A DNA stretch of 64,000 nt. Source: Deltaproteobacteria bacterium. GTDB taxonomy: Bacteria; Desulfobacterota; BSN033; UBA1163. The stretch spans positions 19-64,018 of the forward strand of contig JBBIMX010000004.1 of NCBI GenBank assembly GCA_037444165.1, written 5' to 3'. The notes below the pieces were generated by a model. It had not been told where the DNA came from. It did no database searches and was given only the letters and a program-made list of their open reading frames with translations. Position 1 is the stretch's first letter, and every line of letters starts with the position of its first letter. This document shows, one piece after another, positions 56,142 through 64,000 of this stretch. The position numbers and the translations under genes are program-made.

Positions 56142-58069
56142 TGGGAGAGAATCTATTTGAAAAGATCGTCCGATCCCATCTCGTCGAGGGAAGGGTTCAG
56201 CCTGGAGAAATGATAGCCCTTTCCGTAGACCAAACCCTTTTTCATGATGCCACGGGAACGATGGCTGCGCTCCAGTTCGAAGCCCTTTCCATTCCTCGAG
56301 TCAAGACGAGATTATCCGTAGCCTATATTGATCACAATACCCTTCAGATTGGATTTGAGAATGCCGACGATCATCTCTTTCTTCAAAGTTTTTCTGCAAA
56401 ATATGGGCTCTATTTCTCAAGGCCTGGAAATGGAATCTGCCATCAGGTTCATCTGGAGAGGTTTTCGGTCCCAGGCCAGTTTCTATTAGGGGCAGACAGC
56501 CACACCCCCACTTGTGGGGGGATGGGAATGCTTGCCATTGGGGCGGGCGGATTGGATGTAGCCTTAGCCATGGCGGGAGAACCTTTCTATTTGAAAGTGC
56601 CAAAAGTGGTTTTGGTGAAACTGATGGGGCAACTCTCTCCGTGGGTGAGTGCCAAGGATATGATTCTTGAAATGTTAAGAAGACTCACTGTAAAAGGAGG
56701 GGTGGGAAAGATATTTGAATATGGAGGGCCGGGAGTAAGGAGTCTCAGCGTCCCTGAGAGGGCCACCATCACCAATATGGGAGCAGAATTAGGAGCTACC
56801 ACCTCCATTTTCCCAAGTGATGAGATGACCCTTACCTTTCTCAAGGCACAGAGAAGAGAGAAGGATTGGGTTCCCCTCGCTCCAGATCCCGATGCCCGTT
56901 ATGATGAAGAGATCGAGATAGATTTAGGGGCTCTTGAACCGATGGTCGCTTGTCCCCATAGTCCTGACCGTGTTTTCCCGGTCAAAGAATTGGAAGGACT
57001 CAAAATCGATCAGATAGCCATAGGAAGTTGTACGAACTCCTCTTATAAAGACCTAATGACAGTGGCTTCCATTCTTAAGGGAAAGACCATCCCTCCTCAT
57101 GTAAGTCTTGTCATCTCTCCTGGCTCGAGGCAGGTTCTAAAGATGCTGGCTTCCAATGGGGCCCTCGGGGATTTAATCGAATCCGGCGCAAGGATTCTCG
57201 AGAGTGTATGCGGTCCTTGTATTGGGATGGGTCAGGCTCCTAAAACGAACGGGGTTTCCATTCGAACGTTTAATCGAAATTTTAAGGGGCGATCGGGAAC
57301 AGAAACGGCCGAGGTCTACCTTGTGAGTCCTGAGGTCGCTGCAGCCTCCGCTATCCGGGGAGTCCTGACGGACCCGAGACGTCTCGGTGCCCCTCCAGTC
57401 ATCGAACTTCCTCACTCCTTTCCGGTTGAAGACAATATGATTCAGCCCCCTCTTCCTCCTCAGGAGGCGGAGAAGGTTCAGCTCCTTCGAGGCCCTAACA
57501 TTAAACCTCTCCCCAAAAAGGATCCTCTTCCTTCGACCCTTTCGGGTATCATTCTTCTCAAGACATCAGACAATATTACTACGGATGATATTCTTCCCGG
57601 AGGAGCAAAGGTTCTTCCCTTAAGATCTAATATCCCGGCGATCGCCGAATATACATTTGAAAGGATGGATCCTTCCTTTGTAAAGAGAGCCAAGGAATTT
57701 AAAGGGGGATTTATAGTCGGTGGAAGCAATTACGGTCAAGGTTCGAGTCGTGAACATGCCGCTCTTGCCCCCATGTTTTTAGGAGTCAAGGCCGTGATCG
57801 CCAAATCCTTTGCAAGGATTCACTTAGCCAATCTTATCAATTTTGGAATCCTCCCTCTCCTTTTCCAAAAGGAGGAGGATTACGAGGCTCTCTCTCAAGG
57901 GGATGAGATCGAACTGGAGGTGGGCGATCTCACAGGCAATGAGATCCCCCTTACCAACAAGACGAGTGGAAAAAGAATCCTTCTCTCCATTCCTCTTAAC
58001 GAAAGAGAAAGAAAGATTGTGAGGGCTGGAGGGACTCTGGCCTTTGTCAGGGAAAAGAGAAGACAGTAG
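56141..58069 (+). CDS. Aconitate hydratase (short Aquifex-type, about 640 aa)
   Basis: The aconitase catalytic domain Cys ligands ([15 protein letters not shown]) and a C-terminal swivel domain are present. A TAATG overlap with the upstream stop puts the start at 56141. Confidence 0.8.
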   Translation: MGENLFEKIVRSHLVEGRVQPGEMIALSVDQTLFHDATGTMAALQFEALSIPRVKTRLSVAYIDHNTLQIGFENADDHLFLQSFSAKYGLYFSRPGNGICHQVHLERFSVPGQFLLGADSHTPTCGGMGMLAIGAGGLDVALAMAGEPFYLKVPKVVLVKLMGQLSPWVSAKDMILEMLRRLTVKGGVGKIFEYGGPGVRSLSVPERATITNMGAELGATTSIFPSDEMTLTFLKAQRREKDWVPLAPDPDARYDEEIEIDLGALEPMVACPHSPDRVFPVKELEGLKIDQIAIGSCTNSSYKDLMTVASILKGKTIPPHVSLVISPGSRQVLKMLASNGALGDLIESGARILESVCGPCIGMGQAPKTNGVSIRTFNRNFKGRSGTETAEVYLVSPEVAAASAIRGVLTDPRRLGAPPVIELPHSFPVEDNMIQPPLPPQEAEKVQLLRGPNIKPLPKKDPLPSTLSGIILLKTSDNITTDDILPGGAKVLPLRSNIPAIAEYTFERMDPSFVKRAKEFKGGFIVGGSNYGQGSSREHAALAPMFLGVKAVIAKSFARIHLANLINFGILPLLFQKEEDYEALSQGDEIELEVGDLTGNEIPLTNKTSGKRILLSIPLNERERKIVRAGGTLAFVREKRRQ

Positions 58070-58080
58070 AGGAGAAGACC

Positions 58081-59295
58081 ATGGGTGAACTCATCGAGAT
58101 TCAAGAAGATGGAACTCTGTCCGTCCCAGATCATCCTGTGATTCCTTTTATCGAAGGGGATGGAGTAGGTCCGGATATCTGGAGGGCCTCGGTCCGGGTG
58201 TTTGACGAAGCAGTAGAAAAATGCTACGGAGGACGGAGAAAGATTGATTGGGTAGAGGTTTATGCAGGGGAAAAAGCCTTTCGAATGAAAGGAGATTGGG
58301 CTCCCGAAGAAACGATCGAAGCCATTCGAAAATATAAAGTGGGGATTAAAGGGCCTTTGACCACTCCTGTGGGAGAAGGGATTCGAAGTATCAATGTCCT
58401 GTTAAGGCAGCGGCTCGATCTTTATGCCTGTATCCGTCCTGTAAAATATATTTCGGGAACTCCCAGTCCTCTAAAACATCCCGAGAAAGTGGATATGGTG
58501 GTTTTCAGAGAGAATACCGAGGATGTCTATGCGGGGATCGAGTGGCAGGCCGAGACCCCTGAGGCCCTTCGAGTCAGGGAATTCCTTGACAAAGAGATGG
58601 GGAAGAAGATCCGAGAGGATTCAGGGATTGGAATCAAACCCATCAGTCGTTTCGGGACCAAGCGGCTCGTTCGGAAGGCTATCCAATATGCCCTCGCACA
58701 TGGCCGAAAAAGTGTCACCCTTGTCCATAAGGGAAACATCATGAAATTCACGGAAGGGGCTTTTCAGAAATGGGGATATGAATTAGCCAGAGAGGAGTTT
58801 CAAGATCGAGTGATTTTAGAAAGTGAATTCTTGGGTCAGAAGATGAAGAGTCTTCCTGAGGGAAAGATTGTTCTGAAGGATCGAATTGCCGATGCGATGT
58901 TTCAGCAGATTCTTTTAAGACCCGAGGAGTATGAGGTTCTGGCCATGCCCAATCTGAACGGGGATTATATGTCGGATGCACTGGCCGCTCAGGTGGGAGG
59001 GCTCGGAATGGCCCCGGGAGCCAACATTGGGGATCGAGCGGCTGTCTTTGAGGCAACCCATGGCTCAGCCCCTAAATATGCCAATCAGGATGTGATTAAT
59101 CCCGGGTCCCTTCTTCTCTCCGGAGCCATGATGTTTGAATTTATTGGATGGAAGGAGGTTGGAGAAAGGATCAAGAAGGCTTTGGAAAAGACGATCTCAC
59201 AGAAGATAGTGACCTACGATCTGGCACGCCAGATGAGAGGGGCAAAGAAAGTGAAGTGTTCTGAATTTGCCTCTGCGATCATCGAAAATCTTTGA
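58081..59295 (+). CDS. icd: Isocitrate dehydrogenase (NADP-dependent, homodimeric prokaryotic type)
   Basis: The N-terminus ([13 protein letters not shown]) and the sequences [17 protein letters not shown] and GSAPKYA are present. Length is 404 aa. Confidence 0.85.
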   Translation: MGELIEIQEDGTLSVPDHPVIPFIEGDGVGPDIWRASVRVFDEAVEKCYGGRRKIDWVEVYAGEKAFRMKGDWAPEETIEAIRKYKVGIKGPLTTPVGEGIRSINVLLRQRLDLYACIRPVKYISGTPSPLKHPEKVDMVVFRENTEDVYAGIEWQAETPEALRVREFLDKEMGKKIREDSGIGIKPISRFGTKRLVRKAIQYALAHGRKSVTLVHKGNIMKFTEGAFQKWGYELAREEFQDRVILESEFLGQKMKSLPEGKIVLKDRIADAMFQQILLRPEEYEVLAMPNLNGDYMSDALAAQVGGLGMAPGANIGDRAAVFEATHGSAPKYANQDVINPGSLLLSGAMMFEFIGWKEVGERIKKALEKTISQKIVTYDLARQMRGAKKVKCSEFASAIIENL

Positions 59296-59321
59296 CAAAC
59301 CCTTTTGGGTTCATTTATAAA
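59292..59321 (+). promoter_or_regulatory. Sigma70-type promoter: TTGACA, a 17 nt spacer, and TTATAAAT
   Basis: Consensus hexamers lie between icd and korD. The spacer contains the small hairpin AACCCTTTTGGGTT. Confidence 0.4.
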
Positions 59322-59358
59322 TAGTTCAGAAATTTAAAGTAATAAGCGAGAAAGTTTA

Positions 59359-59685
59359 ATGCTTTCAGAGAAGGTCGAGCCGAAGAAAAAGAAGGAAGTC
59401 CCGAGGATTGATATTTATCGAGCGTGGTGCAAGGCCTGTGGGATCTGTGTCGCCTTCTGTCCCACTGGGGTCTTAGAGATGGATGAAGCCGGATATCCTT
59501 TTGTGAAGGAGATTGGGAAGTGTATCAATTGTGGGTGGTGTGAGATCCGCTGTCCGGATTTTGCGATTACTGTAAGGCCGGGTTTAAAGGAGAAAAAGAG
59601 GGCCGAAGTCAAACATGGAGAAGAAGAAAGGGAACCAAAGGAAGAAGAGGTCCTCCCGGAGAGAGTTGCTGCTCCAGGGAAATGA
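59359..59685 (+). CDS. korD: 2-oxoacid:ferredoxin oxidoreductase delta subunit (2x[4Fe-4S] ferredoxin)
   Basis: The ferredoxin motifs CKACGICVAFCP and CINCGWCEIRCP are present, with an E/K-rich tail. Confidence 0.75.
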   Translation: MLSEKVEPKKKKEVPRIDIYRAWCKACGICVAFCPTGVLEMDEAGYPFVKEIGKCINCGWCEIRCPDFAITVRPGLKEKKRAEVKHGEEEREPKEEEVLPERVAAPGK

Positions 59686-60784
59686 AGCCGTTGCAGAGGG
59701 GGCGCTGAGAGCAGGCTGTCGTTTCTTTGCGGGCTATCCTATTACACCTGCCACAGAGATCTCAGAGATCCTATCGGTCAGGCTTCCCCAGGTGGATGGG
59801 ACCTTTATTCAGATGGAGGACGAGATTGCAAGCCTTGGGGCAGTGATTGGGGCTTCTCTGGCCGGGGTGAAGGCCATGACAGCGACCAGTGGCCCGGGGT
59901 TCTCCTTAATGCAGGAGAACCTTGGATTTGCCATTATTGCGGAGATCCCTTGTGTCATTGTGAATGTGATGAGAGGGGGGCCGAGTACAGGGCTTCCGAC
60001 GTTTCCTGCCCAGGGGGATGTGATGCAGGCCCGATGGGGGACCCATGGGGATCATCCCATTATTGTTCTTTCTGCTTCCACGGTGCGGGAATGTTATGAT
60101 ATGACGATTCGAGCTTTTAATCTCTCTGAGCGGTTTCGGATTCCTGTCATTCTTTTGATTGATGAGGTGGTCGCTCATATGCGAGAGAAGGTCGTCTTTT
60201 TTGAAGACGAGAAAATAGAGATTTTTAACCGGGTCAAACCCACAATGCCTCCTGAGTGGTATATCCCCTATGAGGACACTCCCAGTGGAATTCCACCCAT
60301 GGCCAATTTTGGGGAGGGTTATCGGTACCATGTCACGGGGCTTACCCATGACATTCGGGGCTTTCCGACCTCAAGACCTGATGAGATCGGTCCCTTTATT
60401 GCCCGACTTCATCGAAAGATTAGTTCCCATTTTTCTGAGATTCAGATGGCGGAGTTCTTTCTTACGGAGGACGCAGAAATTACAATCATTGCCTATGGAT
60501 GTGTGGCTCGATCGGCGAAGCGAGCGGTCATTGAAGCAAGGGAGAAGGGCCATAAGGTAGGTCTCCTTAAGCTAATGACCCTTTGGCCCTTTATGAGGAA
60601 TGCAATCGAGAAGGTGCTTCAGACTTCTAAGGTTCTTTTGGTTCCTGAGATGAATATGGGTCAGATCTCCCGGGAGGTCAAGAGGGTCAATCAGGGGGTG
60701 GCCAAGGTCCTGACCCTCAACAAAGTGGACGGAACGATCATCACCCCTTCGGAGATTTTGAGTCGTATGGAGGAGGCTCTCTGA
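59615..60784 (+). CDS. korA: 2-oxoacid:ferredoxin oxidoreductase alpha subunit
   Basis: The sequence LLQGNEAVAEGALRAGCRFFAGYPITPATEI matches the alpha subunit. The ATG at 59615 overlaps korD by 70 nt, so the true start may be TTG at about 59666. Confidence 0.8.
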   Translation: MEKKKGNQRKKRSSRRELLLQGNEAVAEGALRAGCRFFAGYPITPATEISEILSVRLPQVDGTFIQMEDEIASLGAVIGASLAGVKAMTATSGPGFSLMQENLGFAIIAEIPCVIVNVMRGGPSTGLPTFPAQGDVMQARWGTHGDHPIIVLSASTVRECYDMTIRAFNLSERFRIPVILLIDEVVAHMREKVVFFEDEKIEIFNRVKPTMPPEWYIPYEDTPSGIPPMANFGEGYRYHVTGLTHDIRGFPTSRPDEIGPFIARLHRKISSHFSEIQMAEFFLTEDAEITIIAYGCVARSAKRAVIEAREKGHKVGLLKLMTLWPFMRNAIEKVLQTSKVLLVPEMNMGQISREVKRVNQGVAKVLTLNKVDGTIITPSEILSRMEEAL

Positions 60785-61623
60785 TGCCTGAGATTACGAA
60801 ACTGATCCATCATTATCTTCGTCACGACAAAAAGTTTCCTCATGTATGGTGTCCTGGTTGTGGGATCGGGATTATGTTAGGGGCTTTGATTCGGGCCATT
60901 GATCGGATTGGTTATGAGAAGGACGAGGTGGTGCTGGTTTCAGGGATTGGTTGTTCGGGGAGGCTTCCGGTCTATGTCGATTTTAATACCCTTCATACGA
61001 CCCATGGACGGGCTTTGACTTTTGCGACCGGGATTAAATTGGCCAAGCCTCAGTTGAAGGTCATTGTGATCATGGGGGATGGGGATGCGGTCGCGATAGG
61101 AGGGAATCATTTTATTCATGCAGCACGAAGAAACATCGATGTGACCGCGATCATTCTCAACAATAGCATCTATGGGATGACGGGGGGTCAGAGTTCTCCT
61201 ACGACCCCTTATGGAATGAAGTCGACCACCACGGTCTATTCCAATATCGAACATGCCTTCAAGATCTCCGAGCTGGCTGTGACTGCAGGGGCAGTCTTTG
61301 TGGGAAGGGGAACTGTCTATCATGCCAAACTTTTAGACAGCCTGATGGAGAAGGCCTTCTTGAAACAGGGTTTTTCAGTGGTGGAGGTCATTTCCCATTG
61401 TCATACCCAGTATGGAAGGCAGAACCGTCTGGGTTCGGCCGTGGAGATGATGAAGTGGCAGAGGGACAATGCGATTCCGGTGGAGCAATCCTTGAAGATG
61501 AAGCCTGAGGAGCTGGAGGGGAAGATTCTGATCGGGGTGTTGGTCGATCGGGATTTGCCCATCTACCAGGAGGAGTATGAAAAGATTCGGGAGCGGGCGA
61601 AGGCTTCGGCAGAACGAGGATAG
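60784..61623 (+). CDS. korB: 2-oxoacid:ferredoxin oxidoreductase beta subunit (TPP-binding)
   Basis: The TPP and Fe-S motifs WCPGCG, GIGCSGR and GDGD...N are present. Confidence 0.85.
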   Translation: MPEITKLIHHYLRHDKKFPHVWCPGCGIGIMLGALIRAIDRIGYEKDEVVLVSGIGCSGRLPVYVDFNTLHTTHGRALTFATGIKLAKPQLKVIVIMGDGDAVAIGGNHFIHAARRNIDVTAIILNNSIYGMTGGQSSPTTPYGMKSTTTVYSNIEHAFKISELAVTAGAVFVGRGTVYHAKLLDSLMEKAFLKQGFSVVEVISHCHTQYGRQNRLGSAVEMMKWQRDNAIPVEQSLKMKPEELEGKILIGVLVDRDLPIYQEEYEKIRERAKASAERG

Positions 61624-61640
61624 ACGGAGAAGAATCAAAG

Positions 61641-62243
61641 ATGGGTTCAAGGTATGAGATTCGGTTGGGAGGATCTGGAGGACAGGGAATCATCCTGATG
61701 GGGATTATTCTGGCTGAGGCCATTGGGATTTACGATGGGAAGTGGGTGGCCCAGACCCAGAGTTATGGCCCCGAGGCAAGAGGAGGCTCCAGTAAATCCG
61801 AGGTGATCGTCAGTGACGAAGAGATAGACTATCCAAAGGCCATGAGGCCGGATCTTCTTCTGGCAATGAACCAGAAGTCCTGCGATGAGTTCTACCCTGA
61901 TCTTAAGCCGGATGGGATTCTGATTGTGGACTCTACCTTTGTGACCCAGGTTCCAACCCCCCGTGCTTATCAGATCCCTTTTACTCGGATTGCTCGAGAG
62001 AGGTTTAAAAGGGAAGTGGTGGCCAATATCATTGCCTTAGGAGCCCTGTCTCAGTTGAGTCCGATGGTGAGTGCGAAGGCGATTGAGGAGGCGGTGTTGA
62101 AGCGTGTCCCTAAAGGGACGGAGAAATTGAATCGAGAGGCCTTAAGAGCCGGGATCGCCGCGGCGAGAAAAGCCATAAGGGAGATGGCCAAGATAGACAT
62201 TCCTCCCGAGAATCCCAAGGAAGACCTTTTTGATTCCTATTGA
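61641..62243 (+). CDS. korG: 2-oxoacid:ferredoxin oxidoreductase gamma subunit
   Basis: The POR/KOR gamma domain is present (LGGSGGQGIILMG...SYGPEARGG). Confidence 0.8.
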   Translation: MGSRYEIRLGGSGGQGIILMGIILAEAIGIYDGKWVAQTQSYGPEARGGSSKSEVIVSDEEIDYPKAMRPDLLLAMNQKSCDEFYPDLKPDGILIVDSTFVTQVPTPRAYQIPFTRIARERFKREVVANIIALGALSQLSPMVSAKAIEEAVLKRVPKGTEKLNREALRAGIAAARKAIREMAKIDIPPENPKEDLFDSY

Positions 62244-62266
62244 AGTAGCCATCTCTAACCTATAAG

Positions 62267-62881
62267 ATGGGAAGGAATCCTCTGGTCTATTCCATTACCA
62301 AAAAGATTGCCCATTTCGTATTTTCTCTCCTCTATCGAATTAAGATCCACGGATCTTCTATTCTTCCTAAAGAAGGACCCCTTATTATTCTTCCTAAACA
62401 TCAGTACTGGACGGATATCCCGATTATAAGCCTGGCCTTCAAACCCCTTCTCTATTTCGTTGCTAAAAAGGAACTCTTCCATTGTCCCATCGTCCGAAAG
62501 TATCTCTCTCTTCTGGGTGGAATTCCTGTGGATCGCCAAAAGACTCTCCGCACCTTGGATTCCTTCAGGTATCTTGTCACCTTGTTGAAATCGGGTGAAA
62601 AAATCGTTATCTTTCCTGAGGGAACCTATTATCGAGAGGGAGTCGGCCCAGGGAAGAGTCGGCTACTTCAGATGATTCTAAAGATCCAGGAAGAATTGGA
62701 TCAGAATGTTCCTTTCTTACCTGTTGGGATTCGCTACGGGGAAAGAAGAGGATGGAGAAGAGAGGTGGAGGTTCATATTGGTTCTCCACTCTACGGGAAA
62801 GGAGAAAGGAATGCCTCTGCCTTAACCCATCGAGTGATGGAAGAGATTAGCCATTTGTCTAAGATGCCGAGACTTCATTAA
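62267..62881 (+). CDS. plsC: 1-acyl-sn-glycerol-3-phosphate acyltransferase (PlsC family)
   Basis: The HX4D-like region (KHQYWTD) and the FPEGT motif are present. Length is 204 aa. Confidence 0.7.
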   Translation: MGRNPLVYSITKKIAHFVFSLLYRIKIHGSSILPKEGPLIILPKHQYWTDIPIISLAFKPLLYFVAKKELFHCPIVRKYLSLLGGIPVDRQKTLRTLDSFRYLVTLLKSGEKIVIFPEGTYYREGVGPGKSRLLQMILKIQEELDQNVPFLPVGIRYGERRGWRREVEVHIGSPLYGKGERNASALTHRVMEEISHLSKMPRLH

Positions 62882-62898
62882 AAAGGAGAAGAGAAAAA

Positions 62899-63108
62899 AT
62901 GCCCAGGAGAGAAAGGGATCGAGAACTGGCAAGAAGAAGAAAAAGAAGGGAGAAGAGAAAGAAACTTCGTGCTAAGGGACTTTTACCCCCTTCCGCTACC
63001 ACTCAAGGGGTGAAAGGAGGAGTGGAGAAAAAACCGGAAAAGGCTTTGGAGGAATCACCCACGAAAGCTCCTAAGGTGGAGGGAGAACCCTTGGCGTCGG
63101 AAGGCTAA
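62899..63108 (+). CDS. Small, highly basic hypothetical protein of 69 aa
   Basis: An AGGAGAAGAG RBS-like sequence lies upstream. The N-terminus is RRKRREKRKK. Coding status is uncertain. Confidence 0.25.
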   Translation: MPRRERDRELARRRKRREKRKKLRAKGLLPPSATTQGVKGGVEKKPEKALEESPTKAPKVEGEPLASEG

Positions 63109-63136
63109 TGGGTTCCAGAATGGAGGGCCGGGCCGT

Positions 63137-63772
63137 TCATTTGGATTTCTTTGGGATAAAGTACCACGTCCCCTTCTTCATCTGCTCGATCTCCCGAACC
63201 AATTGAGTAAAATCTTCTTTTCGATTCACGAAGTCAATCTCACTGGTATCGATGACCAGAAGGGGAGATCGATCGTAATGGAAGAAATAGTAATTATAGG
63301 CTTCCACTAATTCCTGAAGATAGTTTAGGTCGATCTCTTTCTCGTAAGGGATATTTCGAGTTTTAATTCGGTGAAGAAGAATCTCGGCTTTGGCTTGAAG
63401 AAAGACGACCAGATCAGGGGTTGGAATCTGGTCACTGAGAAGGTCGTAGAGTTGTTCGTATAAAGCCAACTCATCATGGCTTAAATTGAGGGAAGCAAAG
63501 ATTCGATCTTTTGCAAAAAGATAATCAGTCAGGGTCACCTGATTGAAAAGATCGAGCTGGGCAATCTCCTTCTGCTGCTGAAAACGGCTGAGAAGGAAGA
63601 AGACCTGCGTTTGAAAGGCATACGATTTACGATCCCGATAGAATTGGGGGAGAAAAGGGTTCTCTTCCGGTTTTTCCAGAATTAATCTTGCCTTTAATTC
63701 TTTGGCCAATAAGGTGGCAAGGCTTGTTTTACCCACCCCGATGGGGCCTTCGATAGCGATATATCGAAACAT
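63137..63772 (-). CDS. Deoxynucleoside kinase (dAK/dGK/dCK family)
   Basis: The P-loop (IEGPIGVGKTS), the ERS-like region and the dNK fold are present. Length is 211 aa. Confidence 0.75.
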   Translation of the reverse strand: MFRYIAIEGPIGVGKTSLATLLAKELKARLILEKPEENPFLPQFYRDRKSYAFQTQVFFLLSRFQQQKEIAQLDLFNQVTLTDYLFAKDRIFASLNLSHDELALYEQLYDLLSDQIPTPDLVVFLQAKAEILLHRIKTRNIPYEKEIDLNYLQELVEAYNYYFFHYDRSPLLVIDTSEIDFVNRKEDFTQLVREIEQMKKGTWYFIPKKSK

Positions 63773-63819
63773 TTACCTCCCTGGTAAACCCCTGACCCCT
63801 CCAGGCGATTTATTTGGGA

Positions 63820-64000
63820 TTAAGGCATGGTAAATTTTTTCCCTGGAAGTCTGATGGTCATGACCGGATAAGGAGAATTTCGGACTACTTTTTCGGCCGT
63901 GCTCCCGAAAAGGATATAGTCCACTCCGGTCCTTCCATGAGTCCCCATGACGATCAGATCCACCTTCTCTTTTTTTGCCGTCTGAATAATTTCGTAAAAG
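63820..64000 (-). CDS. Universal stress protein UspA family, truncated at the 5' end by the window edge
   Basis: The minus-strand translation ends ...VDLIVMGTHGRTGVDYILFGSTAEKVVRNSPYPVMTIRLPGKKFTMP*, and the stop is at 63820. Confidence 0.65.
   Translation of the reverse strand, partial: FYEIIQTAKKEKVDLIVMGTHGRTGVDYILFGSTAEKVVRNSPYPVMTIRLPGKKFTMP

Noticed and set aside
59615-59685. 70 nt overlap between korD and the ATG-initiated korA
   Set aside because: It is probably not a real long overlap. KorA homology begins near LLQGNEAV, and an in-frame TTG at about 59666 would reduce the overlap to about 20 nt. The start codon is left uncertain, with no evidence of a frameshift.
1-64000. CRISPR arrays, tRNA/rRNA genes and insertion sequences
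   Set aside because: I scanned all intergenic regions, the largest being 7189-7462, 14358-14644, 18093-18606 and 48096-48172. I found no regularly spaced direct repeats, no cloverleaf-compatible tRNA-like segments, and no transposase-like ORFs.

Overview
This 64 kb window is a bacterial chromosomal segment of about 47-50% GC, almost fully coding, with an E/K/R-rich proteome and several canonical TTGACA-N17/18-TATAAT-like promoters. I found no rRNA, tRNA, CRISPR array or transposase. The annotation below treats the window in three parts plus one stand-out region.

Window contents:
- Left third, housekeeping genes. These are an HD-GYP response regulator, a DRG-type GTPase, TldD, a CNNM/CorC transporter, LL-DAP aminotransferase and a BamD-like lipoprotein fused to an LptA/OstA-like domain. 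They are followed by the conserved ffh-rpsP-KH-rimM-trmD-(SPOUT-like)-rplS-rnhB-yraN block.
- Thiamine operon. A TPP riboswitch with an intrinsic terminator precedes thi4-thiDN-thiC.
- Middle, minus strand. An orphan excisionase-type HTH gene sits in a 500 bp AT-rich islet, followed by the livKHMGF branched-chain amino-acid ABC operon, a PurS-PurS-PurL fusion, a sugar-phosphate isomerase and a KefB-like CPA2 antiporter.
- Right third, central carbon metabolism. A TctCBA tricarboxylate transporter is followed by MmgE/PrpD and PrpF family enzymes. Then comes an rTCA/TCA-style block: a non-covalent-FAD fumarate reductase/SDH flavoprotein and Fe-S subunit, an Aquifex-type aconitase, NADP-IDH and a four-subunit 2-oxoacid:ferredoxin oxidoreductase. 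After these are PlsC, a deoxynucleoside kinase and a truncated UspA.

The stand-out region is 32852..48095. After tatA/B-tatC and an ATP-grasp gene, there is a roughly 15 kb tightly packed co-directional 15-gene operon with gaps of 26 bp or less. It encodes:
- a GT2 glycosyltransferase
- a radical-SAM/SPASM enzyme
- a split 2-hydroxyacyl-CoA-dehydratase-like pair (HGD-D/DUF2229-type) with its ATP-dependent activase
- four paralogous cobalamin-binding (class B) radical SAM enzymes
- an LpxL-type acyltransferase
- an acyl carrier protein
- a FabD-like acyltransferase
- a hotdog (YbgC-like) thioesterase
- FabG and a FabF-type ketosynthase

This looks like a dedicated lipid or polyketide-like biosynthetic system, comparable to aryl-polyene or proposed ladderane-type clusters but with a different enzyme set. 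It lacks FabZ/FabA and any enoyl reductase, so dehydration would be radical-based instead. Its product is unknown. I flag it as the most likely novel system in the window.
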